In this document: positions 7,730-16,487 of the stretch, piece after piece
Position numbering within the stretch: the first letter of the stretch is position 1
Layout: each line of letters starts with the position of its first letter
Assembly (NCBI GenBank): GCA_045615605.1
Contig: JAZLFE010000071.1
Coordinates: forward strand, 2,567 to 66,566
Reading direction: 5' to 3'
DNA: 64,000 nucleotides
DNA from: Bacilli bacterium
GTDB taxonomy: Bacteria > Bacillota_I > Bacilli_A > RFN20 > CAG-826
Notes under the pieces: model-generated
Database searches by the model: none
Told to the model about the DNA's origin: nothing
What the model saw: the letters and a program-made list of their open reading frames with translations, nothing else
Translations under genes and position numbers: made by a program

Positions 7730-10234
7730 TTATTTTTTATTTGGTTTATAACGAATCATAAGCATAGTAATATCATCTGCTTGATCGACTCCTTTCTGGA
7801 ATTCATCAAGTTGATGTAACACTCCATTAATCATATCTTTTGAAGAGTTATATTTAAATTTATTCATAAATTGTAATAGACGAGGCATACCATAAAGTTG
7901 TTGTTTCTTATCAGTAGCTTCAGTAACTCCATCAGTGTATAAGAAAACTTCGTCCCCGGGTTTAAGATCAAATGATTCTTTTTTGTAAGGAATACCTGGC
8001 ATCGCGGCTAAAACAAAATTTTTCTTCTCAACAATTTCAGCAAATTTACCATTCTTACGTTTAATTAACGGAGGATTATGCCCAGCATTAACAAAATCAA
8101 CATGACCAGATTTAACATCAAGAATCGCACACCAACAAGTAACAAACATTTGAGCGTCGTTATTTGCGCATAATTCATTATTCGCCATTGTAACGGCTTT
8201 ATCTAAAGGAATATCACTAGATTGTACTAATGATTTGATTAGAGCTTCCGCTCTCATCATAAACATAGCGGCAGGAACGCCTTTACCGCTAACATCAGCG
8301 ATTAAGAAGAATAAGCGATCATTAGGTAATGGTAAGAAGTCATAGAAGTCTCCACCAACTACCTTAGCGGTAACCATATCAGCACTTAAATCGTAGTTAT
8401 CAGTAGTTGGGAATCTATAAGGAAGGGTACCGTGTTGAATTGATTTAGCGAATTCTAAATCTTTATTAATACGTTTCTTCTCATCTTCAACATAACCTTT
8501 TAATCGATCAACAGTTTGATTAATACCATTAGTTAATTTATTAAATTCTTCAAAACCTCTTACATCAACTTTGGTATCTAAATTATTACCGCTTATTTGA
8601 TCTAAAGCTTCGCCAACTTTCTCCATCTTACGTACAACTAAGCGATCGATAAGAGCGTTAGCGACTAAGAAGATAAGACCAACACTAATAATAAATAAGA
8701 AGCTACTTGAATATTTACTTACTCTAGCCGGTAATTCTGCCTCATCACTCTCAACTAAAGAATAACAATACATACCAATATTTTCGTCCATATAAGCAAT
8801 GACATAAAATTCACGATTATGAATATTAATCTTAACTAGTTTTCCAGAATTAGCGCTTATGTCCCATAATATCCCAATATCTTCAGGTTTTATTTCTAGT
8901 CTTTTATCGTTTCCGGCAGTAGAGGCAATAAAACCACCTCCATAATCAAGAAGAACTGTAGAGCCAGTTTCATAAGCTTGATTATTTAATATGAACGGAG
9001 ACTGAGCTTTTACACAATCACCAGCCTGACTAACATCCAAAGCTAAAGCATAATATGTATAATCAAACTTCGCAACAGAATAAATTACCTCTTTTTTATC
9101 ATCATAATCGACATAACTATAGCGGAATCCATCTGTGACATTAAAATTAGTCGCACCGCTCGGTATTTTTATATCAATAATTTCTTTAAAAATACCTCTA
9201 TCGTCTATATCTTCTAATTTCGGTTTCGAGTCACCAGAAATCTGTGGAAATTTTTCTTTAACATTCTCCGAACCATCAATAACCCTTTTCTCGTCACCAT
9301 TATCATCAATAACATAGCCTTCACAGCAATTAATATCATGACTATCATTTAAATCTTTAAATAACTGAGCGAAATTACTAGATTCCGAATCGTAATTCTT
9401 ATTAATTTTATTAGCGTATGCTCCTAATTGATAATTAACTAGGCTCTTACCTTTATCTGAAGCATTCTTAGATTCAGATGATAATATCGATTCAATATTC
9501 TCTAAGCTGATTTTATCTTGTATTGAATTGATAGAAATAAATCCAGCAGCAAAAGTAAGAACTGCAATTATTAAAGTAGTTTGTTGAATTACTCCAGACA
9601 TTTGAGAGTCTTTTAATTTTACAAACAACTTTTGATGATTAAAGTAACGATCTAATAGTAAATCAGATAATCCCGCTAATAAGACTGCTAGGAAGTTAGC
9701 AATAGTCATTGGACCAACGACTGTACGATAAATAGTTATTACTCTTTGTAAATCTTCAGTATGTGTAACATAGATTAATAACATATGAATAATTTCAATT
9801 ACTAACGCTAAAGTACAAGCAGTGACAATATGGATCTTTCTACCTTTCTTAGTAGTTACTCTTAGTAATGCAGCTAAACAGCCTGCTAACATAGTAGCAA
9901 TTGAACACGCTACATTAGTGTACATCCTAGTAGAGATATAAAAACCAGTAATTAATCGTTCTAATCCAGCAATAATACCTGCAGCAATACCAGCAGGAGC
10001 ACCAAAGAAGAATCCTGCTACAATAGGACCAGCATCACGAGTATTATTTAATCCATCAATTGCGGAGCTAATTTCAGTAGCGGCGATTGCAATACTAGCA
10101 AACACAAGAGCGTATATCGCTTGTTTAGTCCAATATGATAAATCTTTAAACTTAGTTTTATAATTTAATACTTTAAATATTATTGTCGCGAGAACAACTA
10201 ATAAAGCCTCAAGAATTAAAAATACATAACTCAT
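7730..10234 (-). CDS. membrane-bound sensor PP2C-family serine phosphatase (SpoIIE/RsbU-like; N-terminal polytopic domain, extracytoplasmic domain, HAMP, PP2C)
   Basis: 834 aa. About 6 N-terminal TM helices, a ~300-aa hydrophilic domain, a second TM, then a HAMP-like segment (KMEKVGEALDQISGNNLDTKVDVRGFEEFNKLTNGINQTVDRLKGY). The C-terminal SpoIIE/PP2C domain contains GGDFYDF, ADVSGKGVPAAMFMM and YTDGVTEA. Confidence 0.75.
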   Translation of the reverse strand: MSYVFLILEALLVVLATIIFKVLNYKTKFKDLSYWTKQAIYALVFASIAIAATEISSAIDGLNNTRDAGPIVAGFFFGAPAGIAAGIIAGLERLITGFYISTRMYTNVACSIATMLAGCLAALLRVTTKKGRKIHIVTACTLALVIEIIHMLLIYVTHTEDLQRVITIYRTVVGPMTIANFLAVLLAGLSDLLLDRYFNHQKLFVKLKDSQMSGVIQQTTLIIAVLTFAAGFISINSIQDKISLENIESILSSESKNASDKGKSLVNYQLGAYANKINKNYDSESSNFAQLFKDLNDSHDINCCEGYVIDDNGDEKRVIDGSENVKEKFPQISGDSKPKLEDIDDRGIFKEIIDIKIPSGATNFNVTDGFRYSYVDYDDKKEVIYSVAKFDYTYYALALDVSQAGDCVKAQSPFILNNQAYETGSTVLLDYGGGFIASTAGNDKRLEIKPEDIGILWDISANSGKLVKINIHNREFYVIAYMDENIGMYCYSLVESDEAELPARVSKYSSSFLFIISVGLIFLVANALIDRLVVRKMEKVGEALDQISGNNLDTKVDVRGFEEFNKLTNGINQTVDRLKGYVEDEKKRINKDLEFAKSIQHGTLPYRFPTTDNYDLSADMVTAKVVGGDFYDFLPLPNDRLFFLIADVSGKGVPAAMFMMRAEALIKSLVQSSDIPLDKAVTMANNELCANNDAQMFVTCWCAILDVKSGHVDFVNAGHNPPLIKRKNGKFAEIVEKKNFVLAAMPGIPYKKESFDLKPGDEVFLYTDGVTEATDKKQQLYGMPRLLQFMNKFKYNSSKDMINGVLHQLDEFQKGVDQADDITMLMIRYKPNKK

Positions 10235-10318
10235 AATTATTCTAATTTTATTATTTTATTATAAATAAAACAATAAAAAATGACTAACTACAGCAATTAT
10301 CGATATTTAATGTATCAA

Positions 10319-11002
10319 TTAACCTAATAAATTAAATGAGAATAGATTTTTAATTCTAAGTATTGTAGAAGAATAACAATCAAATGATAAGACAATTAAA
10401 AGGTAACAAATTGTCTTAGGAATCATAAGCACTCCAAGTAGTTCGATATAGTGAGCACCTATTATAGTAGCGGTATAGAATCCAAATGATAATAAAACAA
10501 ATAACCATAAGAATTTAAAATAAGGAATCTTACGATTATTGATTAATAATTTAATCATGATAATCCCGATAAATAAGAATGGAACATTTCTAATAATCTC
10601 ATAAATAAATGGTGATTTATTAGTTAACCAATTATTTTCTGGTAACGCACATAGAACAATTCTACAAATAGCTAATAGATAAATAACAACAGTTTCTGCA
10701 TTATATTTTTTATGAGAAATTTCTTTTAAGATATATAAGACTACAATATAAAATATTGTCATTGTAATAGAGGTTACTAATTTACCAACCCCTAAATATA
10801 AATCTAAATTATTAGGTAAAAAGTAGGCTAAACATCTAGGCACTAAATGAACAGAATCACCTAATCCTAAAATAAGTGCAGCTAGACCCATTAATTTTAT
10901 GGTCTTACTTTTCTTATTATTAATTAATAAAACTATTCCACTTATTATTAAAAATAATAAATAGATACTGCTTAATGTTATTTCACCGTATTTCATATAC
11001 AT
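10319..11002 (-). CDS. hypothetical polytopic membrane protein
   Basis: 227 aa with about 6 predicted TM helices. I recognise no family. Confidence 0.45.
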   Translation of the reverse strand: MYMKYGEITLSSIYLLFLIISGIVLLINNKKSKTIKLMGLAALILGLGDSVHLVPRCLAYFLPNNLDLYLGVGKLVTSITMTIFYIVVLYILKEISHKKYNAETVVIYLLAICRIVLCALPENNWLTNKSPFIYEIIRNVPFLFIGIIMIKLLINNRKIPYFKFLWLFVLLSFGFYTATIIGAHYIELLGVLMIPKTICYLLIVLSFDCYSSTILRIKNLFSFNLLG

Positions 11003-11112
11003 AAATCATTATAGCATAACAATAACTATTTTAATTAAGTAACGATCCTAATAAAAAATCCCAATTATTAGACTAATATCTAATCTAATATTTGGGGTTA
11101 ATATCATTTGTT

Positions 11113-11188
11113 TGGTGCCGACTAAGAGACTCGAACTCCCGACCTACTGATTACAAATCAGTTGCTCTACCAACTGAGCTAAGTCGGC
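11113..11188 (-). tRNA. tRNA-Thr (anticodon UGU)
   Basis: The reverse complement folds as a cloverleaf: acceptor gccgact/agtcggc, D-arm gctc..gagc, anticodon stem actga/tcagt with loop tttgtaa, T-loop ttcgagt, CCA encoded. Length 76 nt. Confidence 0.8.
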
Positions 11189-11192
11189 TCTA

Positions 11193-11268
11193 TGGTGGGC
11201 GCAACAGGGTTCGAACCTGTGACCTCTTCCGTGTGAAGGAAACGTTCTCCCAGCTGAACTATGTGCCC
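11193..11268 (-). tRNA. tRNA-Val (anticodon CAC); acceptor stem has one A5:C68 mismatch
   Basis: Reverse complement gggcaca-ta-gttc agctggga gaac-g-tttcc ttcacac ggaag-aggtc-acagg ttcgaac cctgt-tgcgccc-a-cca. The cloverleaf is complete apart from the single acceptor mismatch. Confidence 0.65.
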
Positions 11269-11277
11269 GGTTTAATG

Positions 11278-11354
11278 TGGTGGGCCGTAATAGACTTGAA
11301 CTATCAACCTTTCGCTTATCAAGCGAATGCTCTAACCAGTTGAGCTAACGGCCC
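11278..11354 (-). tRNA. tRNA-Ile (anticodon GAU)
   Basis: Reverse complement gggccgt-ta-gctc aactggttagagc-a-ttcgc ttgataa gcgaa-aggtt-gatag ttcaagt ctatt-acggccc-a-cca. Length 77 nt. Confidence 0.8.
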
Positions 11355-11440
11355 ATTAAATCACATTAAACGTGCCTTATAAATATATAACATTGCAACT
11401 TTTAATGCAATAAAGAGTTAACTAGTTTAGTAATTTAACG

Positions 11441-11971
11441 CTATTTACTATGTTTTTCTTTATATCTTTTAGTAAACACCACCATTGCGACTACACCAAA
11501 TATCACAACGCCTGTTACTACGTACCATACCCATGGTTTAAGAGCATCAGAATTTACTATTGTAATAGATTGAGCTCCAGAAACGCAGACATTGTTGTTC
11601 TGGAAGGTGCAAATATAAAATGTCAAATCATTACGTTCGACATTTGTTGTAACAGTTAAATTAGTAACAATTGAATTGGTAGGATATGTAGGATTCGAGG
11701 AAATAAAGAAAACATTATTATTTTCATATTCTTTAGATCCTTCTCCAAGAAATTTTAAATTTTGATTAAAATTACCATAGCTAACAACAAAATCATCTAC
11801 TGGTAATTTTCCTCCACTTTTAATTTCACCTGGTTTATTATTCCAATTAAAACTGATATTAGGATCGTTGTTAATTACGTCATGAGGTTCACTAGGCTTC
11901 TCGCCACATGAAGTTATAAAAAATACAGAAAGTATAAGAGATAGTAATAAAAACTTTTTATGATTAAACAT
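11441..11971 (-). CDS. hypothetical lipoprotein with C-terminal TM anchor
   Basis: The internal Met begins MFNHKKFLLLSLILSVFFITSCGEKP, a signal peptide plus lipobox Cys. The upstream part of the tracked ORF would overlap the next gene's start, so the start at 11971 is preferred. The C-terminus has a hydrophobic helix followed by KRYKEKHSK. Confidence 0.5.
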   Translation of the reverse strand: MFNHKKFLLLSLILSVFFITSCGEKPSEPHDVINNDPNISFNWNNKPGEIKSGGKLPVDDFVVSYGNFNQNLKFLGEGSKEYENNNVFFISSNPTYPTNSIVTNLTVTTNVERNDLTFYICTFQNNNVCVSGAQSITIVNSDALKPWVWYVVTGVVIFGVVAMVVFTKRYKEKHSK

Positions 11972-11994
11972 ACATACAATTATATAATAATCGC

Positions 11995-12918
11995 ATGAGT
12001 AAAATACTAATTGATTTATCTCCATTAGGGAATAAGAGTCAAACAGCAGTCCAAGGAATTAAGATATTTCTTAATCGAAATAAGACTAATGATTTAATAA
12101 TTATCGGAGAGTCTAACGACTTATTAACAATAAAAGATAATAAGAGAATTAATATAATCTCTTATAAAGATAATGTTAGTAAAGTAGATCCTAAATTTAA
12201 CGTTATTAAAGATCAATCACTCCGTTTAGCGTTCTCACTACTTACTAATCCTAGTGAAGATATTGTAGGCTTAGTAACCTATAGTAAGAAAAGTGATGTC
12301 GCTAAAGCAGCGAGTTTATTCTTAGGTAAAGGTGAAGGTTCTCCATTATTTATTGCTACCTATTCTAACTTTAAGACTCATCGAGTAACCTGTATTGGAG
12401 ATTTAGGATATAACGATAATCCTAATACTAAAGACTATATTAATTATTTAGAATTAATGACTCGTTATATGAAGAAAGCGTTTAATAAAGAGTCTATTGA
12501 ATTTAAATTATTAACTTTTAATAAAGATTATCCTAATCCTCTAATTGATATCTTTAAAGATAGACTAGGCTATAAAGGAGAGATAGAAGGAAAAGACTTA
12601 TTAAAAGCGGATACTGATATTATTATTGGTCATCCTAAAGAGTTCTTAGGAATTATCTCTGGTATTAATCATGGTATATCAATATACGATGAATTTATTA
12701 AAGAAGAAGTAAGAAAGAGTGTTGGTCTTCGTTACTTTGTCTATCCAATGTTTAAAAGCGTTACCCATAACTTCCATATGGAGATTGATCAAAAGCTCAC
12801 TAGTGGAGGTAATATCCTACTAGGATTTAAAAAGAATATTGTTATAGTTGATCCTGATACTATTAAACAAGGCGTAAAAGTAAGTATCGATTTAGCAGGT
12901 AAATTAGAAGCTTTCTAA
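11995..12918 (+). CDS. PlsX-like phosphate acyltransferase family protein (divergent)
   Basis: 307 aa. The N-terminus ILIDLSPLGNKSQTAVQGIKIFL resembles the PlsX IAVDAMGGD...A..GA region, and the overall length and architecture are PlsX-like. Similarity is weak, so the call is tentative. Confidence 0.35.
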   Translation: MSKILIDLSPLGNKSQTAVQGIKIFLNRNKTNDLIIIGESNDLLTIKDNKRINIISYKDNVSKVDPKFNVIKDQSLRLAFSLLTNPSEDIVGLVTYSKKSDVAKAASLFLGKGEGSPLFIATYSNFKTHRVTCIGDLGYNDNPNTKDYINYLELMTRYMKKAFNKESIEFKLLTFNKDYPNPLIDIFKDRLGYKGEIEGKDLLKADTDIIIGHPKEFLGIISGINHGISIYDEFIKEEVRKSVGLRYFVYPMFKSVTHNFHMEIDQKLTSGGNILLGFKKNIVIVDPDTIKQGVKVSIDLAGKLEAF

Positions 12919-12940
12919 TTATTAAATTAGGTACATTATA

Positions 12941-12968
12941 AAAAGGGATGTCATCGGCATCCCTTTTA
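12941..12968. terminator. bidirectional rho-independent terminator
   Basis: Hairpin gggatg-tcatcgg-catccc with AAAA upstream and TTTT downstream. It lies between convergent genes (11995..12918 + and 12983..14953 -). Confidence 0.6.
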
Positions 12969-12982
12969 ATTTAAGCAATTAA

Positions 12983-14953
12983 TTACTTCTTACGAAGATA
13001 CTTAACGCAGTCAAGAGCGACAGCGACAAGGATAATTACACCTTTAATAAGTAATTGTAAGTTAGAGTTAATACCAATATAAGCGAAAGCGTAGGTTAAG
13101 AAACCTAAGATAGTCGCACCGATAACGGCGCCACCAACTTTACCAACACCACCACTGAAAGAGATACCACCAATAACGCATGCTGCGATAGCATCAGTTT
13201 CAGTACCATAACCTGAGTTAAAGTTACCAGTACCAGTTTGGACAGCTTGGACAAAGCCACCAATACCATAAAGGATACCAGCCATAACGAAGGCTAACAT
13301 AGTAATCTTAAATGGAGAGATACCAGAAACGGTAGCTGCTTCTTGGTTACCACCAACTGCGTATAAATGTTTACCAAATTTAGTCTTGTTCCATATAAAC
13401 CAAACTACCGCAATTGCTATTACAGCGTAGACCACTAGTAATATAGAGGATGGACCACGCAATATATCAATAATATTAGAATCAGGAGTAAAGCTACTAG
13501 TAGCAGACCAGAAGATTTGGAATAAACCATAAGAGATTAATTGAACCGCTAAGGTTGAGATGAATGGATGCATTTTGAATTTAGCAGTGAAGAATCCTGC
13601 AAAGGTAGTAAATAATGTACAGAACATAATCGATACTAGTAATGCACAGATAATCTTTACCGCGATTGGTGCACCAGTGAATATCCACCATTGACCACCA
13701 GTAACCTGGTCAGTATATGGGAATTGAGACATAATCATTAAGCTGAATGAAACACCAACACCAGTTAAACGACCAATACTTAAGTCGGTACCACCAAGTA
13801 AGATTAATCCCGCAACACCTAGTGCAAAGAATATCTTTGGTGAGATTTGAACAATAGCACCTAAAATATTTTTAGGAGCAAGTAAACCATCACCGGGCAT
13901 GGTATAAGATAAACCGATTAAGGCTGCGAATACGATAAGAATAACAACGTATAAAGCATTTTTAATTAACCAATTGGTTAAATTAAAGTTAGCGATATAG
14001 CTTTCAAATTTAAATCTAAACCATTCGCCAATTGGATGTTTATCGTGTTTAATCTTACCAGTATAAGAATAACGGTTCATGAAGGAGTTATAACGTAATT
14101 CTTTAGAACGATCGAAGGCTTCAACTTTAGCCGTCTTAGCTTCGTTTAATTTAGAACCATAGGCAATCTTTTCAGCTTTTAAATCGATTGCTAATAGTTT
14201 CTTATCTTTAGCTTCTTTCTTTAATTGCTTAACACGAGCGACATGCATTTCTTTAATGGTCTCGCACATATCTTTATAGGTCTTGCGTGATAAACCATTA
14301 TCGTATTTATTGCCTGCTTTAACTAAGCGCATGTATTGTTTAGAGTCGCTCTTAGAAATCGCCATAGATTCTTTAAGGATGAAGTTAACTTCATCTTTAG
14401 CAAGTCTAGCTTTAACTTTAGCAGCCTTAAGTTCTTTAATATTATTCTTAATAAGTTCTTTCTTCTCGTTCTTTTCAATTTGCTTATTTAAGATAATATC
14501 TTGAATTTCGTTACGTAAAGCGATGACTTTATTTTCACCATCCGCTCTTAATTTATTAAGTTCATCAAGATAGCCTTGATATTTTAATTGTTGGTAGGAA
14601 AAGCAGACTCTTAAATCAAAGAATTTCTTTTTAATTGCTTCTTTAACGGTTTTATCAACGATTTTTTGACTTGTCTTAGCGTCAATCTTCGCTGCCTTTA
14701 ATTTAATCGCTAAATCCTTTAATTTATTTTCTCTTTCCTTGCCTTTAAGAGTTTTATCAGCCTTCGCTTCAATAATTTCCTTTCTCACCTTAAAGACACC
14801 AACTAAGTCTTTTTTGCGAGCCTCAAGGATATTGTTCATATAATGAACATGTTCCTTAACATAGATTTCCATGGGGCTTCCACCATCCACTTTAATCTTG
14901 GCAACCGGTTTTAATTCTTCCGGTTTCTTAGAGATTTTCTTTTTCTTTGCCAT
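12983..14953 (-). CDS. sugar ABC transporter permease (RbsC/XylH/MglC type) with ~330-aa N-terminal K/E-rich coiled-coil cytoplasmic extension
   Basis: The C-terminal ~320 aa form a 10-TM BPD_transp_2-type permease (GKHLYAVGGNQEAATVSGISPFKITMLAFVMAGILYGIGGFVQ). The N-terminal half is highly charged with heptad-like repeats (KLKAAKIDAKTSQKIVDKTVKEAIKKK...). Confidence 0.7.
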   Translation of the reverse strand: MAKKKKISKKPEELKPVAKIKVDGGSPMEIYVKEHVHYMNNILEARKKDLVGVFKVRKEIIEAKADKTLKGKERENKLKDLAIKLKAAKIDAKTSQKIVDKTVKEAIKKKFFDLRVCFSYQQLKYQGYLDELNKLRADGENKVIALRNEIQDIILNKQIEKNEKKELIKNNIKELKAAKVKARLAKDEVNFILKESMAISKSDSKQYMRLVKAGNKYDNGLSRKTYKDMCETIKEMHVARVKQLKKEAKDKKLLAIDLKAEKIAYGSKLNEAKTAKVEAFDRSKELRYNSFMNRYSYTGKIKHDKHPIGEWFRFKFESYIANFNLTNWLIKNALYVVILIVFAALIGLSYTMPGDGLLAPKNILGAIVQISPKIFFALGVAGLILLGGTDLSIGRLTGVGVSFSLMIMSQFPYTDQVTGGQWWIFTGAPIAVKIICALLVSIMFCTLFTTFAGFFTAKFKMHPFISTLAVQLISYGLFQIFWSATSSFTPDSNIIDILRGPSSILLVVYAVIAIAVVWFIWNKTKFGKHLYAVGGNQEAATVSGISPFKITMLAFVMAGILYGIGGFVQAVQTGTGNFNSGYGTETDAIAACVIGGISFSGGVGKVGGAVIGATILGFLTYAFAYIGINSNLQLLIKGVIILVAVALDCVKYLRKK

Positions 14954-14968
14954 ACATCTCTCTCCTTA

Positions 14969-16486
14969 TTATAAATATCTAGTACATAAACGCATGATTT
15001 GTTCTTGCGTTGCAGTCTTAGTATCAAGTTCACCTGCGATACGGTAGTTACTCATAACTATAACTCTATTAGTAACACCTAATATTTCAGGCATTTCGCT
15101 ACTAACCATGATAATTGATTTTCCTCTCTTAGCGAGTTCTATCATTAATTCGTAGATTTGATATTTAGCCATGATATCAATACCACGAGTAGGTTCATCC
15201 ATTAAAAATACATCTGGTGCTCTTTCTAACCACTTACCAATAATAATCTTTTGTTGGTTACCACCAGAAAGATTAAGAATCTTATCACCACGACTAGAGC
15301 ACTTAACGTGCATTTGACCGATTTGTAAATCAGCAGCTTTGTTCATCTTAGCAGTATTTAACATACTATTCGCTTTGTATTTATCTAAGTTAGTAATACA
15401 AGTATTAAATGTTAAGTCACAATTAGCGAACATACCAGAAACTTTTCTTTCTTCTGTAACGAATGCAAAGTTATGATCCATTGCTTCTTTAGGAGTAGTG
15501 AATAAGATACGTTTATCTTTATATCTAATTGCACCAGTACCAATAGTGCGGCATCCAAATAAGCATTCAAGTAATTCACTTCTACCCGCGCCGACTAAAC
15601 CATATACTCCTAAGATTTCGCCTTTCTTTAAATCAAAGTCGATATCTTTTAAATATGGTTTATATTTAGTTTCTAATGCTCTTACTTTTAATATAACTTC
15701 ACCAGGTTTATTAGTTAAAGGTGGGAAGCGGCTAGTTAAACTACGACCAATCATCGCTTTAACAACTTCATCTAAGTTAGTCTGTGGGATTGGTTTATCT
15801 AGAGTAACTACACCATCACGAAGAACAACGATGTTATCACATAATTCAAATATTTCGTTCATCTTATGCGAGATGAAGACAAAGCTAACACCCGTCTTCT
15901 TTAAGTTATTAATTATTTCAAATAGTTTTCTTGTTTCTCTTTCTGATAATGAAGATGTCGGTTCGTCAAGAACAATGACCTTTGCATTATAAGAAATAGC
16001 ACGCGCAATCTCAACCATTTGACGTTGAGAAACAGATAAATTTTTAATCAAGGTTTTAGGATTAAATTTCATGTCTAAGCGTTCAAATAATTCAAGTGAA
16101 CGTTTATACATAGCCTTCTCATTAATAATACCGGCATTAGTAAGATATCTACCTAAGAATAAATTATCTTGAATAGTTCTCTCTAAGCATTGATTTAATT
16201 CTTGGTGAACCATCGCAACACCATTTTCTAACGCTTCTTTACTAGATTTAAAATCAATTGCTTTGCCATCAAGACGGAAACTTCCAGTATCTTTAGCGTA
16301 CATACCGAATAAGCATTTCATAAGAGTAGACTTACCGGCTCCATTTTCTCCCATTAGACCCATAACGGTTCCATAAGGAATACGGATATTAACACCACAA
16401 AGAACTTGGTTTTTACCAAAAGCTTTAGATAGATTTTCTATCTCAAGAACATATTTACCTTTTGGAGTTTCTTTTTTCTTTATCAT
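14969..16486 (-). CDS. sugar ABC transporter ATP-binding protein (CUT2 family, tandem nucleotide-binding domains)
   Basis: 505 aa. First Walker A GENGAGKST, a second P-loop GLVGAGRSEL, two signature/Walker B regions (LSVSQRQMVEIARA..VLDEPTS and LSGGNQQKIIIGKWL..FLMDEPTRGIDI). This architecture is typical of RbsA/XylG/MglA. Confidence 0.85.
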   Translation of the reverse strand: MIKKKETPKGKYVLEIENLSKAFGKNQVLCGVNIRIPYGTVMGLMGENGAGKSTLMKCLFGMYAKDTGSFRLDGKAIDFKSSKEALENGVAMVHQELNQCLERTIQDNLFLGRYLTNAGIINEKAMYKRSLELFERLDMKFNPKTLIKNLSVSQRQMVEIARAISYNAKVIVLDEPTSSLSERETRKLFEIINNLKKTGVSFVFISHKMNEIFELCDNIVVLRDGVVTLDKPIPQTNLDEVVKAMIGRSLTSRFPPLTNKPGEVILKVRALETKYKPYLKDIDFDLKKGEILGVYGLVGAGRSELLECLFGCRTIGTGAIRYKDKRILFTTPKEAMDHNFAFVTEERKVSGMFANCDLTFNTCITNLDKYKANSMLNTAKMNKAADLQIGQMHVKCSSRGDKILNLSGGNQQKIIIGKWLERAPDVFLMDEPTRGIDIMAKYQIYELMIELAKRGKSIIMVSSEMPEILGVTNRVIVMSNYRIAGELDTKTATQEQIMRLCTRYL

Positions 16487-16487
16487 A

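Noticed and set aside
11092-11343. 83-aa plus-strand ORF in the ORF track
   Set aside because: It lies entirely across three minus-strand tRNA genes (Thr, Val, Ile). The reading frame is an artefact of the GC-rich tRNA sequence.
11995-12025. Overlap of the lipoprotein ORF (tracked start at 12025) with the start of the plus-strand gene at 11995
   Set aside because: It is resolved by using the internal Met (MFNHKK...), which begins a canonical lipoprotein signal peptide. This is not a genuine antisense overlap.
15498-15992. 164-aa plus-strand ORF, plus other short internal ORFs (e.g. 2609..2794, 3699..3965, 9135..9317, 14283..14504, 17231..17461, 17765..17977, 24559..24891, 45685..45981)
   Set aside because: All are embedded antisense or out of frame within well-supported longer genes and have no recognisable domains. 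They are typical spurious ORFs.
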